From the NCBI GenBank assembly GCA_963701295.1, contig OY969585.1:2464001-2528000 (forward strand): 64,000 nucleotides of DNA, written 5' to 3'. The DNA comes from Ignavibacteriota bacterium. GTDB taxonomy: Bacteria; Bacteroidota; Ignavibacteria; UBA10030. Position numbers and translations under genes: made by a program. Position 1 is the first letter of the stretch, and the number at the start of each line of letters is the position of its first letter. This document shows, in pieces, positions 49,679 through 60,777 of this stretch. The notes under the pieces are model-generated. The model was not told the DNA's origin and did not search any database. It saw only the letters and a program-made list of their open reading frames with translations.

Positions 49679-52588
49679 ATGAAAAAAAATCTTATCCATC
49701 GCGTTATTGGCGTAATCGTCCTATTCATTTCTGCCGTTCAGTTCATCAAAACTGCACAGGTTTCTGTCCCATTTTGGGATCCGGGCGAACTCTCTGCTGC
49801 TGCCTACTTGATGCAGGTGCCGCATCCGCCCGGCGGGCCTCTCTTTTCGATCGTGGGCAGAATATTCTACATGCTACCCATCCCTGGCGATCTTGGTTTT
49901 AGGATGAATCTCATGTCGTCTGTCGCGAGCGTCTTTACAGTTCTTTTTTTATATCTCATCGCAGTCAAAGTCATTGAACACTATAAAGGAAAACAATCCG
50001 GAAATTCGTTAGAAACATTAGGGACGTACCTCGCTGCCGCCATTGGAGCTTTAACGTTATCGTTCAGCGATACGTTTTGGTTTAATGCCGGTGAATCTAA
50101 TTATTTTGCAGTAAGCATGTTGCTCTATTCTTCTATTGTATGGTTGATGATGGTGTGGAATGAAAAAGCCGACGAACCGGGAAGTGAACGGTATCTTTTG
50201 ATGATTGCATACATAGCCGGTTTATCAGCCGGACTTCATCTGATGAGTGTTCTGACGATAATCATAGTAGGGATTATTGTGGTTCTTCGGAAGTATGTCA
50301 CTAACAATGAAGAATACTTACAATCATCATATGTCTTTCTGGGGCATATGGTTTTGTTGTTCATTGTTGCGGCTATTCTTTGGAGCGGAGAAACTGCTAC
50401 ACAACCGCCCACACAAGAGATGACCAGTGCATTCGACAAGAAATTCATCATTGCAATGGTGATAGCGAGTCTTGGAGTTCTGGTCGTCTTTAGAAAAAAA
50501 GTTCTTCGACGAAACTCCATTTATCTCGCTCTCCTTGTTGGAGGTATTGCTTTCGTTGTGATCTTTTCCGGCATTATCAGATATTTTCCTAAGTTGTTGC
50601 TCTATATTGCGGGAGATCATCTTGAAGGAGGTCTTCTCGTCCTTGTGGGAGTAATGGCAGCAGAAGGATTGGGAGTTTATTATGCCATGAAGCAAAAGCG
50701 AATGATCCTTGCCCTCTCTCTTATAGCGGCACTTATTGCGGTACTCGGTTTTACGACATACACAATGATTGTTATCCGTGCGAACGCAAACTTGCCAATG
50801 AATGAAAATCATCCGAAGTCGTTCGCACAACTTATTACGTACTTGAATCGAGAGCAGTACGGCGATTTTCCCATGTTTCAACGCCGCTGGTCGTCAGAGC
50901 CGGAAAAAGTGGGCATCTATACAAAATACAGCAGTGATCTCGATTTCTTCTTACGCTATCAAATGGACCATATGTTTCAACGTTATGTTGGATGGAATTT
51001 TATCGGGAGAATCTCACATGATCAAGATGCAGGAGTGAATTGGAAAGGATTTTTCGGTATTCCATTTTTCTTGGGCCTTTTTGGTCTGTACACGCACTTC
51101 CGAAAAGATTGGAAAATGGCATCTGTCTTTCTCTTCACATTTATTTTAATGGGATACTTAATTACCTACTATCAAAACCAGCAGGAGCCGCAGCCGAGAG
51201 ATCGTGAATATTTTTATTGCGGAGCATATTTCGTTTTTGCACTTTGGATTGCGCTTGGTATCAAAGGGTTGCTTAATCTTGTCCAGGAAAAGTTGACATC
51301 GCCATCGGCAGTGAAACCTGCATTTATTGGAGTGCTCGTGCTCAGCACGCTCTTTGTTCCTGCAAGAATGCTGCAACTTAATTATTTTACGCATGATCGT
51401 TCGAAGAATTGGGTGCCTTGGGATTTTGCATACAACATGTTACAGACATGCGAACAGGATGCAATTCTTTTCACTCAGGGTGATAATGATACATTCCCTT
51501 TGTGGTACATGCAGGATGTAGAAGGTGTCCGGCGGGATGTGAGGATTGTGAACTTGAGCTTGGTGAATACATCATGGTACATCCTCCAGATGAAGAATAC
51601 ACCAGCGTACGCAGAGGCAAAAGCAGTGCCGATGAATATGCCTGATTCATACATTAAAGATATTCAACCGATCGCTTGGGAACCGAGAAACGTCGAGTTA
51701 CCCATTTCAAAAGAAACGATCCAACACTTTCAAGAAGAGAAGGGAGTTGTCCTTGATTCATCTATTGTCAATAACGGAAAAATTACATTCCTGCTTCCTA
51801 ATACATTGCAGTTTGGCAAAACAAAAGCGCTCCGTGTCCAAGATATTGCTGTGTTCGATATCATTATGGCTAATGAATGGAAGCGGCCCATTTATTTTGC
51901 CTCTACTTGTTCACCGGACGCAAAGATTGGATTGGAAGACTATATGTGGTTCAAAGGATTGAATTGGAAGCTTGAACCAATGAAGGCCTCAGAGATAAAT
52001 TATGGATTAGATCCTATGAAGCTCGAAGCAAATCTTATGAACGAGCCCTCAGATTATTCCAAAACTCCAAAATATGGATATATATTCCGTGAATTGGCGA
52101 ATCCAAAAGTATTTTTTGATGAAAATACAATTCGCATTATTTCCAATTACCGGGCAGCATTTCGTGGACTTGCCGCATATTACATAAACGTTGAAAAAAA
52201 TCCGCAGAAGAGTATAAAGGTGTTGGACAGAATGGAATCGCTTATGCCGCATACAAAAATTCCATATGGATGGCAGAGTGCATGGCAAATGGCGAATTTC
52301 TATCATTCTCTAGGGCGTATGGATCGTGTGAAGGAAATGGCAACAGAGATTGAACCGGCTTGTCTCAGTCTTATTGAGAAAGGCGACGTGGAGATGAAAG
52401 ACTATTACAATCCGTACCGCGCACTTCTTGATCTTTATGAGATGACAAAAGAACAGGACAAGTCACTCAACATTCTCCGGAAATTAGCGGTGCTCTTTCC
52501 AAAGGATCCAAGCATCAACCAGAGGATTCAAGTGTTAGAGCAAATGAGTAAACTCTCTGCTGCACCCGTACCTGAAAAAGGAAAGTAA
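49679..52588 (+). CDS. DUF2723 membrane glycosyltransferase-like protein
   Basis: WDPGE, VPHPPG.P, YLNREQYG, GDNDTFPLWY.Q.VEG.R. Confidence 0.92.
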   Translation: MKKNLIHRVIGVIVLFISAVQFIKTAQVSVPFWDPGELSAAAYLMQVPHPPGGPLFSIVGRIFYMLPIPGDLGFRMNLMSSVASVFTVLFLYLIAVKVIEHYKGKQSGNSLETLGTYLAAAIGALTLSFSDTFWFNAGESNYFAVSMLLYSSIVWLMMVWNEKADEPGSERYLLMIAYIAGLSAGLHLMSVLTIIIVGIIVVLRKYVTNNEEYLQSSYVFLGHMVLLFIVAAILWSGETATQPPTQEMTSAFDKKFIIAMVIASLGVLVVFRKKVLRRNSIYLALLVGGIAFVVIFSGIIRYFPKLLLYIAGDHLEGGLLVLVGVMAAEGLGVYYAMKQKRMILALSLIAALIAVLGFTTYTMIVIRANANLPMNENHPKSFAQLITYLNREQYGDFPMFQRRWSSEPEKVGIYTKYSSDLDFFLRYQMDHMFQRYVGWNFIGRISHDQDAGVNWKGFFGIPFFLGLFGLYTHFRKDWKMASVFLFTFILMGYLITYYQNQQEPQPRDREYFYCGAYFVFALWIALGIKGLLNLVQEKLTSPSAVKPAFIGVLVLSTLFVPARMLQLNYFTHDRSKNWVPWDFAYNMLQTCEQDAILFTQGDNDTFPLWYMQDVEGVRRDVRIVNLSLVNTSWYILQMKNTPAYAEAKAVPMNMPDSYIKDIQPIAWEPRNVELPISKETIQHFQEEKGVVLDSSIVNNGKITFLLPNTLQFGKTKALRVQDIAVFDIIMANEWKRPIYFASTCSPDAKIGLEDYMWFKGLNWKLEPMKASEINYGLDPMKLEANLMNEPSDYSKTPKYGYIFRELANPKVFFDENTIRIISNYRAAFRGLAAYYINVEKNPQKSIKVLDRMESLMPHTKIPYGWQSAWQMANFYHSLGRMDRVKEMATEIEPACLSLIEKGDVEMKDYYNPYRALLDLYEMTKEQDKSLNILRKLAVLFPKDPSINQRIQVLEQMSKLSAAPVPEKGK

Positions 52589-52608
52589 TTTCGTCACAAT
52601 TGAGCTCT

Positions 52609-53781
52609 ATGGCGCACGATGTCCATATAGTCGTTAATAAGCACACGCCGTATGCTGTGAAAGCGTTTGAGCGGATCGGAAAAGTAACTGCGCTCGATAC
52701 ACATGAAATTACGAAGGATACAGTCAAAGATGCCGACATCCTGATCGTTCGTTCCGAGACGAAAGTTGATCATACTTTGTTAGATGGAAGCCATGTGAAA
52801 TTTGTTGGAACGGTGACAATCGGAACCGATCATGTGGATGAAGAATATCTTGCAAAGAATGGAATTACCTTTGTCAGTGCTCCAGGTAGTAATTCACATG
52901 CGGTTGGTGAATATATCACAGCAGCATTATTGGAACTGGCATATACCAAGGGTTTCTTGCTTAACGAAAAAACCATCGGTATTGTAGGAGTCGGCAACGT
53001 TGGTAGCAAGGTTTGGCACAAAGCAGAAGCTTTGGGAATGCAGGTCCTTCTGAACGATCCACCTCTTCAGCGTGTGGGGAGAAGTTATCCATTGCATTCC
53101 TTGGAAGAGTTGATGGAGGCGGATATCATTACGCTCCATGTTCCGTTGAACCATGCAGGACCTGATGCGACATATCATCTTTTTGATGAAAATCGAATTC
53201 GCAAGATGAAACGAGGTGCCATTCTCATCAACACATCACGCGGCGGCGTTGTGGAAACAGAGGCCTTGAAACGTACATTGAGTGATGGTCATCTATCAAC
53301 TGCTGTGCTTGATGTATGGGAGAAAGAACCAAATATCAACACATCTCTCCTTGAACTCATTTCATTAGGAACACAACACATTGCAGGCCATTCGTTAGAT
53401 GGCAAGCTCAATGCGCTTCGGGCAAATTACGAAGCGGTCTGTCGTTTTCTATCAAAACCGATTGACCTGGAAATCAATGCATCTTTACTGTATCCTGTTA
53501 TTCGAGAAATTAAAATTGACACAATGCACGGTCAGATACTACACACACTTCGAGATATCGTGAAGCAGTGCTACGATATCAATGTAGATGACCGGCTTCT
53601 GCGTCAAATTATATCGTTTCCAGAAGAAGAACGTGGAAAGTATTTTTCTCTACTTCGCACAGAGTACCGCATTCGGAGAGAATTTCCCAATTCAACAGTG
53701 TCCTTGTCCAATGAAGCAGAGAATCTTGCTGATATGCTTCAACTTCTTGGTTTTAAAGTAACGAAAGAAATATTGTCATGA
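52609..53781 (+). CDS. pdxB: 4-phosphoerythronate dehydrogenase
   Basis: [43 protein letters not shown]. Confidence 0.9.
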   Translation: MAHDVHIVVNKHTPYAVKAFERIGKVTALDTHEITKDTVKDADILIVRSETKVDHTLLDGSHVKFVGTVTIGTDHVDEEYLAKNGITFVSAPGSNSHAVGEYITAALLELAYTKGFLLNEKTIGIVGVGNVGSKVWHKAEALGMQVLLNDPPLQRVGRSYPLHSLEELMEADIITLHVPLNHAGPDATYHLFDENRIRKMKRGAILINTSRGGVVETEALKRTLSDGHLSTAVLDVWEKEPNINTSLLELISLGTQHIAGHSLDGKLNALRANYEAVCRFLSKPIDLEINASLLYPVIREIKIDTMHGQILHTLRDIVKQCYDINVDDRLLRQIISFPEEERGKYFSLLRTEYRIRREFPNSTVSLSNEAENLADMLQLLGFKVTKEILS

Positions 53782-54248
53782 GTGAAAGATTCCAAGCACG
53801 TATTCTTAGAATCAATCCGGACCAACGGGATATTCCCTTACCTGCGTATGCAACGGAAGGGTCTGCGGGAATGGATATTTGTGCTGCAGTAGAAAGGGAC
53901 GTAGAAATTCCACCGGGTGATACAATTTTAATTCCAACAGGATTTATCATTGAATTGCCGCAGGGACATGAAGCGCAAGTGCGGCCAAGGAGCGGTCTTG
54001 CTGTCAAACACAATATTGGAATTCTCAACTCACCGGGAACAATTGATTCCGATTATCGCGGTGAAGTAAAAATCATACTCACAAATTTTGGAAAGAAGCC
54101 GTACGTTATTCGCCGCGGGGATCGCATAGCACAAATGATTGTCGCAAAGTACGAGCGCGTGCAATGGAAAGAAGTATCGTCACTTGCTGAATCTGTGCGC
54201 GGAGAAGGCGGATTTGGTCATACAGGAATCACATTAAAAGGGGATTAA
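53778..54248 (+). CDS. dut: dUTP diphosphatase
   Basis: [33 protein letters not shown]. Confidence 0.97.
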   Translation: MSERFQARILRINPDQRDIPLPAYATEGSAGMDICAAVERDVEIPPGDTILIPTGFIIELPQGHEAQVRPRSGLAVKHNIGILNSPGTIDSDYRGEVKIILTNFGKKPYVIRRGDRIAQMIVAKYERVQWKEVSSLAESVRGEGGFGHTGITLKGD

Positions 54249-54252
54249 TACA

Positions 54253-55569
54253 ATGGCTCAACAAAGAACAAGGAAGAACACATCGCGAACGAAATACATG
54301 CATCAGAACGTATCGCAGGAAATGCGCTGGGACTCGGTTTTTTCATCACTTGGCAGGATTGAGATTGTGCTGCTCATCGGAGGCGTACTTCTGTTACTTG
54401 TGCTCATCTACACTATTCACACGATTCTTTCTCCCTTTCTTGCACTTGGCTCTATTCTCTTTATTCTATTTCCATTACGTCGCTATGTGCTTGCACGGAA
54501 TCTTATGTGGTTGGCGATTATTCTCTTTACATTATGGTTTTTGGATTCCGTTTCGACAATTCTTGCGCCCTTTATTGTATCCATGATCTTTGCGTATATG
54601 CTCAACCCGGTTGTGGATCTCTTTCAAAGCTGGAAAATTCCGCGTTGGGTTAGTTCGCTCATACTTATCCTGCTCTTCATTTCAGGTATTACACTTATTC
54701 TCTTTTTTGTTCTCCCCATTGCGCTCTCACAGTTTGAAGGTGTTCTTGATTTGCTGTCGAAACTCACGAATGAATATCAAAGTACGTTTTGGAACAGCCA
54801 TCTGATTAAAATATTAGAGAATTATGGCATCTCTGTAAATGAACTTCGTAGTGCATTTGCCAGCCAATTGACGCCTCGGTTTGAAGATATTCTCAAAACG
54901 GTTATCAAGGCGCTCGGTTCGTTAATGAGCAGCATTTCAGGTTTCATTACACAAATATTTTATATCATTTTAGTACCCGTCCTAACATTTTATTTCTTGG
55001 CAGATTTCCCCAAAATCAGCCATCGCTTTTTGATGCTCTTTCCTCGCAGGAATCGCGACCGTGTAGAAAACTTTATGAACCGAGCTGATGATCTTATTGG
55101 ACATTATTTACGTGGAGCGCTTTTAGTAGCGCTTTTAGAAGGATTTATTATTTCGGTGGTCTTTTCTATTGTCGGGATAAAATATGCTTTCCTTTTGGGG
55201 CTCTTGGCATGTCTCTTCGATTTTGTTCCCTATTTCGGTCTTATTGCTATTATGGCGCTTTCTGCATTAGTTGCACTCTTCAGTGAACCGCCTGTCTTAA
55301 CAAAATTAGCTATTGCTCTCGTCTCCATTTCTATCCTTCATATGGCGGAAGTCACCTTTCTCTCGCCGAAAATAATCGGCAGTAAAGTGGGAATGCACCC
55401 GCTGCTCATTATTCTCTCTTTGCTCATCTTCATGTATTTCATGGGTTTTATTGGGCTGCTCATTGCAGTTCCGACGACAGCGCTGGTGATATTGTTTATT
55501 AGAGATTGGGAAGCACGAAGGCGCGGAGAAATTCCCATGCCAAAAGATTCCTCCAAAGCGGGTCTTTGA
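54253..55569 (+). CDS. AI-2E family transporter
   Basis: AYMLNP.V, VPYFG, P.IIG..VGMHP, G.LIAVP. Confidence 0.92.
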   Translation: MAQQRTRKNTSRTKYMHQNVSQEMRWDSVFSSLGRIEIVLLIGGVLLLLVLIYTIHTILSPFLALGSILFILFPLRRYVLARNLMWLAIILFTLWFLDSVSTILAPFIVSMIFAYMLNPVVDLFQSWKIPRWVSSLILILLFISGITLILFFVLPIALSQFEGVLDLLSKLTNEYQSTFWNSHLIKILENYGISVNELRSAFASQLTPRFEDILKTVIKALGSLMSSISGFITQIFYIILVPVLTFYFLADFPKISHRFLMLFPRRNRDRVENFMNRADDLIGHYLRGALLVALLEGFIISVVFSIVGIKYAFLLGLLACLFDFVPYFGLIAIMALSALVALFSEPPVLTKLAIALVSISILHMAEVTFLSPKIIGSKVGMHPLLIILSLLIFMYFMGFIGLLIAVPTTALVILFIRDWEARRRGEIPMPKDSSKAGL

Positions 55570-56249
55570 TGTCAGGTGCGCTTTATCTCGTTGCCACTCC
55601 TATTGGCAATTATGATGACATTACATTACGAGCGATAAAAGTGCTCAAGGAGGTAGATGTCATAGTGTGTGAAGAACGAAGTGAAGGACAGAATCTCCTT
55701 CGCCAGTATGGAATAGATAATCAAGTAGAGACACTCAATGAGCATAACGAAGCGGCTGCTGCGAGTGTCATTATCAATGTACTGAAAGAAGGGAAATCCA
55801 TCGCATTAATTTCCGATGCGGGCACACCTGTGTTTTCTGATCCCGGAAGAATATTAGTTGAAAAAGCCATTCACCAGAACATCAAGATTGTTCCTATCCC
55901 CGGTGCTTCCTCGCTCCTTCCTGCGCTCATCGTTTCAGGATTTCTCATCAAGGAATTTGTATTTGCTGGATTTCTTTCGCCCAAGCGAGAACGGCGTCTT
56001 ACCGAATTGCGCGAATTTCGGAAGGAGCGCCGCACAATTGTTTTGATGGACACGCCATACCGGCTTGTTCAGCTTTTACGGGATATGGCTGACGTCTTTG
56101 GAGAAACGAGACGCGTGTGCGTTGCCTTCGATCTGACGTTATCAACGGAAGAAATCTTCCATGGAACTGCGCCAATACTGTACAAGAAATTCCAGAAGGA
56201 AGAGAAGAAGGGGGAATTTGTAGTGGTGCTGGAGGGAACGAAGAACTAA
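55569..56249 (+). CDS. rsmI: 16S rRNA C1402 2'-O-methyltransferase
   Basis: LYLVATPIGN.DDIT.RA, SDAGTP..SDPG, KGEFV. Confidence 0.93.
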   Translation: MSGALYLVATPIGNYDDITLRAIKVLKEVDVIVCEERSEGQNLLRQYGIDNQVETLNEHNEAAAASVIINVLKEGKSIALISDAGTPVFSDPGRILVEKAIHQNIKIVPIPGASSLLPALIVSGFLIKEFVFAGFLSPKRERRLTELREFRKERRTIVLMDTPYRLVQLLRDMADVFGETRRVCVAFDLTLSTEEIFHGTAPILYKKFQKEEKKGEFVVVLEGTKN

Positions 56250-56561
56250 GCGTTCATTTCAGGTGTAGAAAAATATAACTGCCTTCTATAACAAAAAGGA
56301 TTCCTGTCTCAGCCATACTAAATAATATGGCGGCAGTACTGCTATTCCAAAATTTCTTCAGAAATTTGTAATGATTATCGATTATTTAAAGAAATACATG
56401 TTTTTTTCAAATATCTTTATCATATTATTTCCATCAAATCCATTAGCATAGTACTATTTGATCGGCTAAGCTGCATTTTATTTTTTAGATTTTGCATTTG
56501 CTCGTATTCCCAGCCGCTCGTATAGAAAACTATATTGCATATGTTTAGATGGAGATGGTTG

Positions 56562-58970
56562 ATGCTAGGTCAGACTATTTCACACTACAAAATCCTCAAA
56601 AAACTCGGCGACGGCGGTATGGGAGCAGTCTACAAAGCCGAAGATACCAAGCTTCAACGAACTGTCGCCCTGAAATTTCTTTCCTCTGAATTGACACGAG
56701 ATCCGGAAGCAAAGGAACGTCTTATCCGCGAAGCACAAGCCGCATCTACCCTCCAGCATCATAATATCTGCACTATCCATGAGATCGGCGAAACTGATGA
56801 CGGCGAAATGTTCTTCTGTATGGATTATTATGTAGGTAAAACGCTGAAGGAAAGATTATCGCAGCTTCAGGCAAAGAATGAACTGCCTATGCCTGCTTCA
56901 GAAGCTCTTGATATCGGAATCCAGATTGCACAAGGTCTGGCGAAGGCACATGAAAAAGGAATTGTTCACAGGGATATCAAACCGGCCAATATCATGATTA
57001 CGAACGACAGCGTGGTCAAGATACTCGACTTCGGGATCGCGAAACAATCCGGAAAAAGCAAATTGACACAAACTGGGAAAACCATCGGAACAATCGCCTA
57101 TGTGTCTCCGGAACAGGCGGAGGGGAGGAATGTTGACGCCCGGACGGATATCTGGTCTCTTGGCGTCGTGATGTATGAACTGTTCACCGCGAGACTTCCA
57201 TTTGAACATGAGTACGACGCAGCGATCATCTACGCGATTCTTGACAAAACACCTGTCGCTCCTACAAAAATTGGAGCGAACATTTTGGAAGATTTGGATC
57301 ATGTCATTCTCAAGTGTTTAATGAAAAATCCCGATCATCGATATCAGTCTGCCAATGACCTGTTATCGGATTTAAACGAAGTTCGGAAAGCATTTGCTGA
57401 CGATGATTCGAAAACAGCTATACAAAAACGAAAATATTCCTTTGACAGAAAATGGACAATATGGGAAAGACGCTTTAAAAACAAAAGAAACATCCTTACT
57501 GGTATTGCGATAATAATTCTTGCACTCTTCTTTGTGTTTATCCTGCCTCAGCTTAGTCATAGAACAAAAGCCATCCAATCTATTGCCGTTTTGCCCTTGG
57601 AAAATCTTTCAAGCGACAAAGAACAGGAATATTTTGTATCAGGTATTCATGATGAATTATTAACAGATTTATCAAAGATTAAAGCATTACGTGTTATTTC
57701 AAAAACCTCGGTCATGCGATACGAGAATACAAAAAAATCTGCGTCGGAGATCGCCAGGGAGTTGAATGTGGACGCCCTTGTCGAAGGCTCGATCATGCGG
57801 GTTGGCGATCAAGTGCATATCAACGTTCAGCTGATTGAAGGATCGACGGACAACCATCTATGGGCGGAAAGTTACGACCGAGACGTACAGAACATATTGA
57901 TAATGCTGAGCGAGGTAGCGCAAGCTATCGCAGGAGAGATCAAGATTGCCGTGACAAATCAGGAAAAAGATAGGATAGCTGCCGTACATTTAGTAAAACC
58001 TGAAGCGCATGAGGAATACTTAAAAGGACGGTATTTATCTTTTCGTTATGACCCCGCGGGGTTTCCAGATGCACTGATGCATTTTCAGAGATCCATAGAA
58101 ATAGATCCTAATTTCGCTCCAGGATACGCGGGTCAGGCCACAGTTTATTTTCTCTTGGGTTATTTTGGGATAAAACCAGACCCTGAGGTCATTCCGAAAG
58201 CCAGAATGATGGCGATGAAGGCGCTTGAAGTAGATGAGGCACTCGCTGAAGCGCATACTATGTTAAGCTGGATTAAGCTATGCTATGACTGGGATTGGCA
58301 GGGTGCAGTTAAAGAGGCACAGCGGGCGTTGGATCTGAATCCCAACGATGCTCAAGCCCGACATGCATATGGAGATTATTTGATGTTCGCCATGAGGAAT
58401 GTAGATGAAGGATTGCATCAAGTTGTACTTGCCCGTGAAATTGATCCCTTTTTCCCTATATCGGTCATTCCTGCAATTTATCATCTTCAACTAGTCTATC
58501 GATACGACGAAATAATTAGTGAGTGCAGAAAACTCCTAGCGACGGATCCCAATTATCCTGATGCGCGCGGTAACCTTCGGGATGCATTATGGTTAAAAGG
58601 CAATTACGAAAAAGCCTTCGTTGAATTTCAGAAAACCTGGAATTGGAATGAAGAATTGAAGGCAGCAATGCAACGCGGCTATAGAATTTCCGGACCAAAA
58701 GGCGGAGTGGGGGAATTGGCATTAACGTTTGCGAAACAATCCGTACCCTACACGGGTTCTGTCCTCGGAGTTGCCACACTCTATGCGTTTATTAAGGAGA
58801 AAGATTCAACGATCGTATGGCTTGAGAAGGCATATCAAGAGCATTGTCCACAGCTCATCTACATTAATGGAAGTCCGACCTACGATTTTCTCCTCTCAGA
58901 TCCACGCTATCATTCATTGTTGCAAAGGATTGGTTTCCCAGAGACAAAAAAGGAAAAGCCCAATGGTTGA
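56562..58970 (+). CDS. Hanks-type Ser/Thr kinase with TM, TolB-like and TPR domains
   Basis: GDGGMG.VY, HRDIKPAN, DFG, SIAVLPLENLS, TPR repeats. Confidence 0.93.
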   Translation: MLGQTISHYKILKKLGDGGMGAVYKAEDTKLQRTVALKFLSSELTRDPEAKERLIREAQAASTLQHHNICTIHEIGETDDGEMFFCMDYYVGKTLKERLSQLQAKNELPMPASEALDIGIQIAQGLAKAHEKGIVHRDIKPANIMITNDSVVKILDFGIAKQSGKSKLTQTGKTIGTIAYVSPEQAEGRNVDARTDIWSLGVVMYELFTARLPFEHEYDAAIIYAILDKTPVAPTKIGANILEDLDHVILKCLMKNPDHRYQSANDLLSDLNEVRKAFADDDSKTAIQKRKYSFDRKWTIWERRFKNKRNILTGIAIIILALFFVFILPQLSHRTKAIQSIAVLPLENLSSDKEQEYFVSGIHDELLTDLSKIKALRVISKTSVMRYENTKKSASEIARELNVDALVEGSIMRVGDQVHINVQLIEGSTDNHLWAESYDRDVQNILIMLSEVAQAIAGEIKIAVTNQEKDRIAAVHLVKPEAHEEYLKGRYLSFRYDPAGFPDALMHFQRSIEIDPNFAPGYAGQATVYFLLGYFGIKPDPEVIPKARMMAMKALEVDEALAEAHTMLSWIKLCYDWDWQGAVKEAQRALDLNPNDAQARHAYGDYLMFAMRNVDEGLHQVVLAREIDPFFPISVIPAIYHLQLVYRYDEIISECRKLLATDPNYPDARGNLRDALWLKGNYEKAFVEFQKTWNWNEELKAAMQRGYRISGPKGGVGELALTFAKQSVPYTGSVLGVATLYAFIKEKDSTIVWLEKAYQEHCPQLIYINGSPTYDFLLSDPRYHSLLQRIGFPETKKEKPNG

Positions 58971-60465
58971 TCTGGAATCATTGTTCGAATTGGCTTCTAT
59001 TCTAGAACAACAAAACGATTTCCATGAAGTCCTGCGACTCACAATGCAAAAAGCAGCTAGCTTGATGGAAGCAGAAACCGCTTTAGTCATGATGATCAAT
59101 CCGTCGACAAGGGAGACTGTAAAAACGATTTATAGAGAAGAGCGGGGAGTAGACAATAACCGCTATCAATTTGTGCATACATATTTCAGCGGCTGGGTCT
59201 TTGATAATAGACAGCCATTGCTATCTGAGAATATCCAAAACGATTCTCGATTCAACAAAAATATCTTAAAGGATCTACCGATAACATCAGTCATGTGTGT
59301 CCCATTGATGGCCGAAGGTATAATTACAGGAAGTCTACTACTTCTTAACAAATTGAACGAAGGAGGATTTTCAAAGGGCGATTTTGAATATCTAAAAAAG
59401 TTTGCAACCATCATTTCACCCTTCGTACGAAATGCCAATAAGATCCAGCAATATTTTACGACGAAAATTCCTGATGACGCTCTATTAAAAAAATACGAAG
59501 CGTATGGGTTAATTGGCAAGAGCAAGGCATTTATTGAATTATTGAACTCTATCGAAACATCCGCCAGGTGCGATGTACGTGTTTTACTGGAAGGTGAAAG
59601 CGGTACCGGAAAAGAATTAATTGCTAAAGCCATTCATCAATGTAGCTCCAGAGTACAAAATAAGTTCATTGCCATCGATTGCGGAGCCATGCCAACAAAT
59701 CTCATCGAGAGTGAACTCTTCGGTCATGTCAAAGGAGCGTTTACAGGGGCAACCTATAATCGTAAAGGGTTGCTCGAAGAATCGAACGGCGGAACTTTAT
59801 TTATGGACGAGATTACAAATCTACCCTTGGATATGCAGTCTAAACTGTTGCGTGTACTTCAAGAAGGTGAAATTCGGCCACTAGGAAGCAACCAAATTAA
59901 CAAAGTCGATGTGCGTATAATTTCAGCATCGAGTATTTCACTACGCAAACTTGTTGAAAAAAAACAATTCCGCGAGGATTTATTCTATAGACTAAATATA
60001 TATCCAATCTCAATTCCATCATTGAATGAACGGCAAAAAGACATTCCCCTCTTGGCAGATTATTTTATTAAAAAATTCTCAGAAAAACAGAAGAAGCAGA
60101 TCGATTTATTCCATCCGGATATAGTGGATTTTATTCAACAAAGATTCTGGCCGGGGAATATACGGGAATTAGAAAATTTTGTTGAACGCCTTGTTACCTT
60201 GACCCCTCCCGAAATGAAGTCTTTTGAAGCAAACATGTTGCCATCAGAATTCCAAAAAGAATTTAAAAAAATAAAAAGGATTGAAAAGACAAAAAACACC
60301 AGCTTATTACTAGAAGAAAGCATGACCGATTATGAAGAGAAGCTCATACGGAAGGCACTCATAGAGAACGATTGGAATCAGTCAAAAGCTGCTAGAGTTT
60401 TGGGTATTTCCGAACAAACAATACGATATAAAATGCAGAAATTAAAGATTCTTAAACCAGAATAA
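58963..60465 (+). CDS. GAF-domain sigma54-dependent transcriptional activator
   Basis: GESGTGKE, GAFTGA, WPGNIREL, Fis-type HTH. Confidence 0.95.
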   Translation: MVDLESLFELASILEQQNDFHEVLRLTMQKAASLMEAETALVMMINPSTRETVKTIYREERGVDNNRYQFVHTYFSGWVFDNRQPLLSENIQNDSRFNKNILKDLPITSVMCVPLMAEGIITGSLLLLNKLNEGGFSKGDFEYLKKFATIISPFVRNANKIQQYFTTKIPDDALLKKYEAYGLIGKSKAFIELLNSIETSARCDVRVLLEGESGTGKELIAKAIHQCSSRVQNKFIAIDCGAMPTNLIESELFGHVKGAFTGATYNRKGLLEESNGGTLFMDEITNLPLDMQSKLLRVLQEGEIRPLGSNQINKVDVRIISASSISLRKLVEKKQFREDLFYRLNIYPISIPSLNERQKDIPLLADYFIKKFSEKQKKQIDLFHPDIVDFIQQRFWPGNIRELENFVERLVTLTPPEMKSFEANMLPSEFQKEFKKIKRIEKTKNTSLLLEESMTDYEEKLIRKALIENDWNQSKAARVLGISEQTIRYKMQKLKILKPE

Positions 60466-60680
60466 TCTCTCGCATACCAACGCTCTCCCGATTAATCATA
60501 AATATTCTCCAATAATTCCTCTCATTTTTTGCGAGAAAAATCCCAATAAATTCGGCATTTTCGCAACTCGCAAATCTATATCATAGATTTCACACACTTT
60601 TTGTATCTCTGCTCATAGTAACAAAAAGCTAAGTCTTTGTTATACAGCAATTTAAGCTTAAGAAATCAATAAAGATTCGG

Positions 60681-60695
60681 CGGCACATCATTTGA
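60681..60695 (+). promoter_or_regulatory. Candidate sigma54 -24/-12 promoter
   Basis: CGGCAC-N5-TTGA, between the activator gene and 60778. Confidence 0.55.
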
Positions 60696-60777
60696 GTTGC
60701 TATGTATCGTCAAATGATTTTATCCCACAATAATTTCACCTAAAATAAAATGATAAACATTATTAAAGGAGTTTACC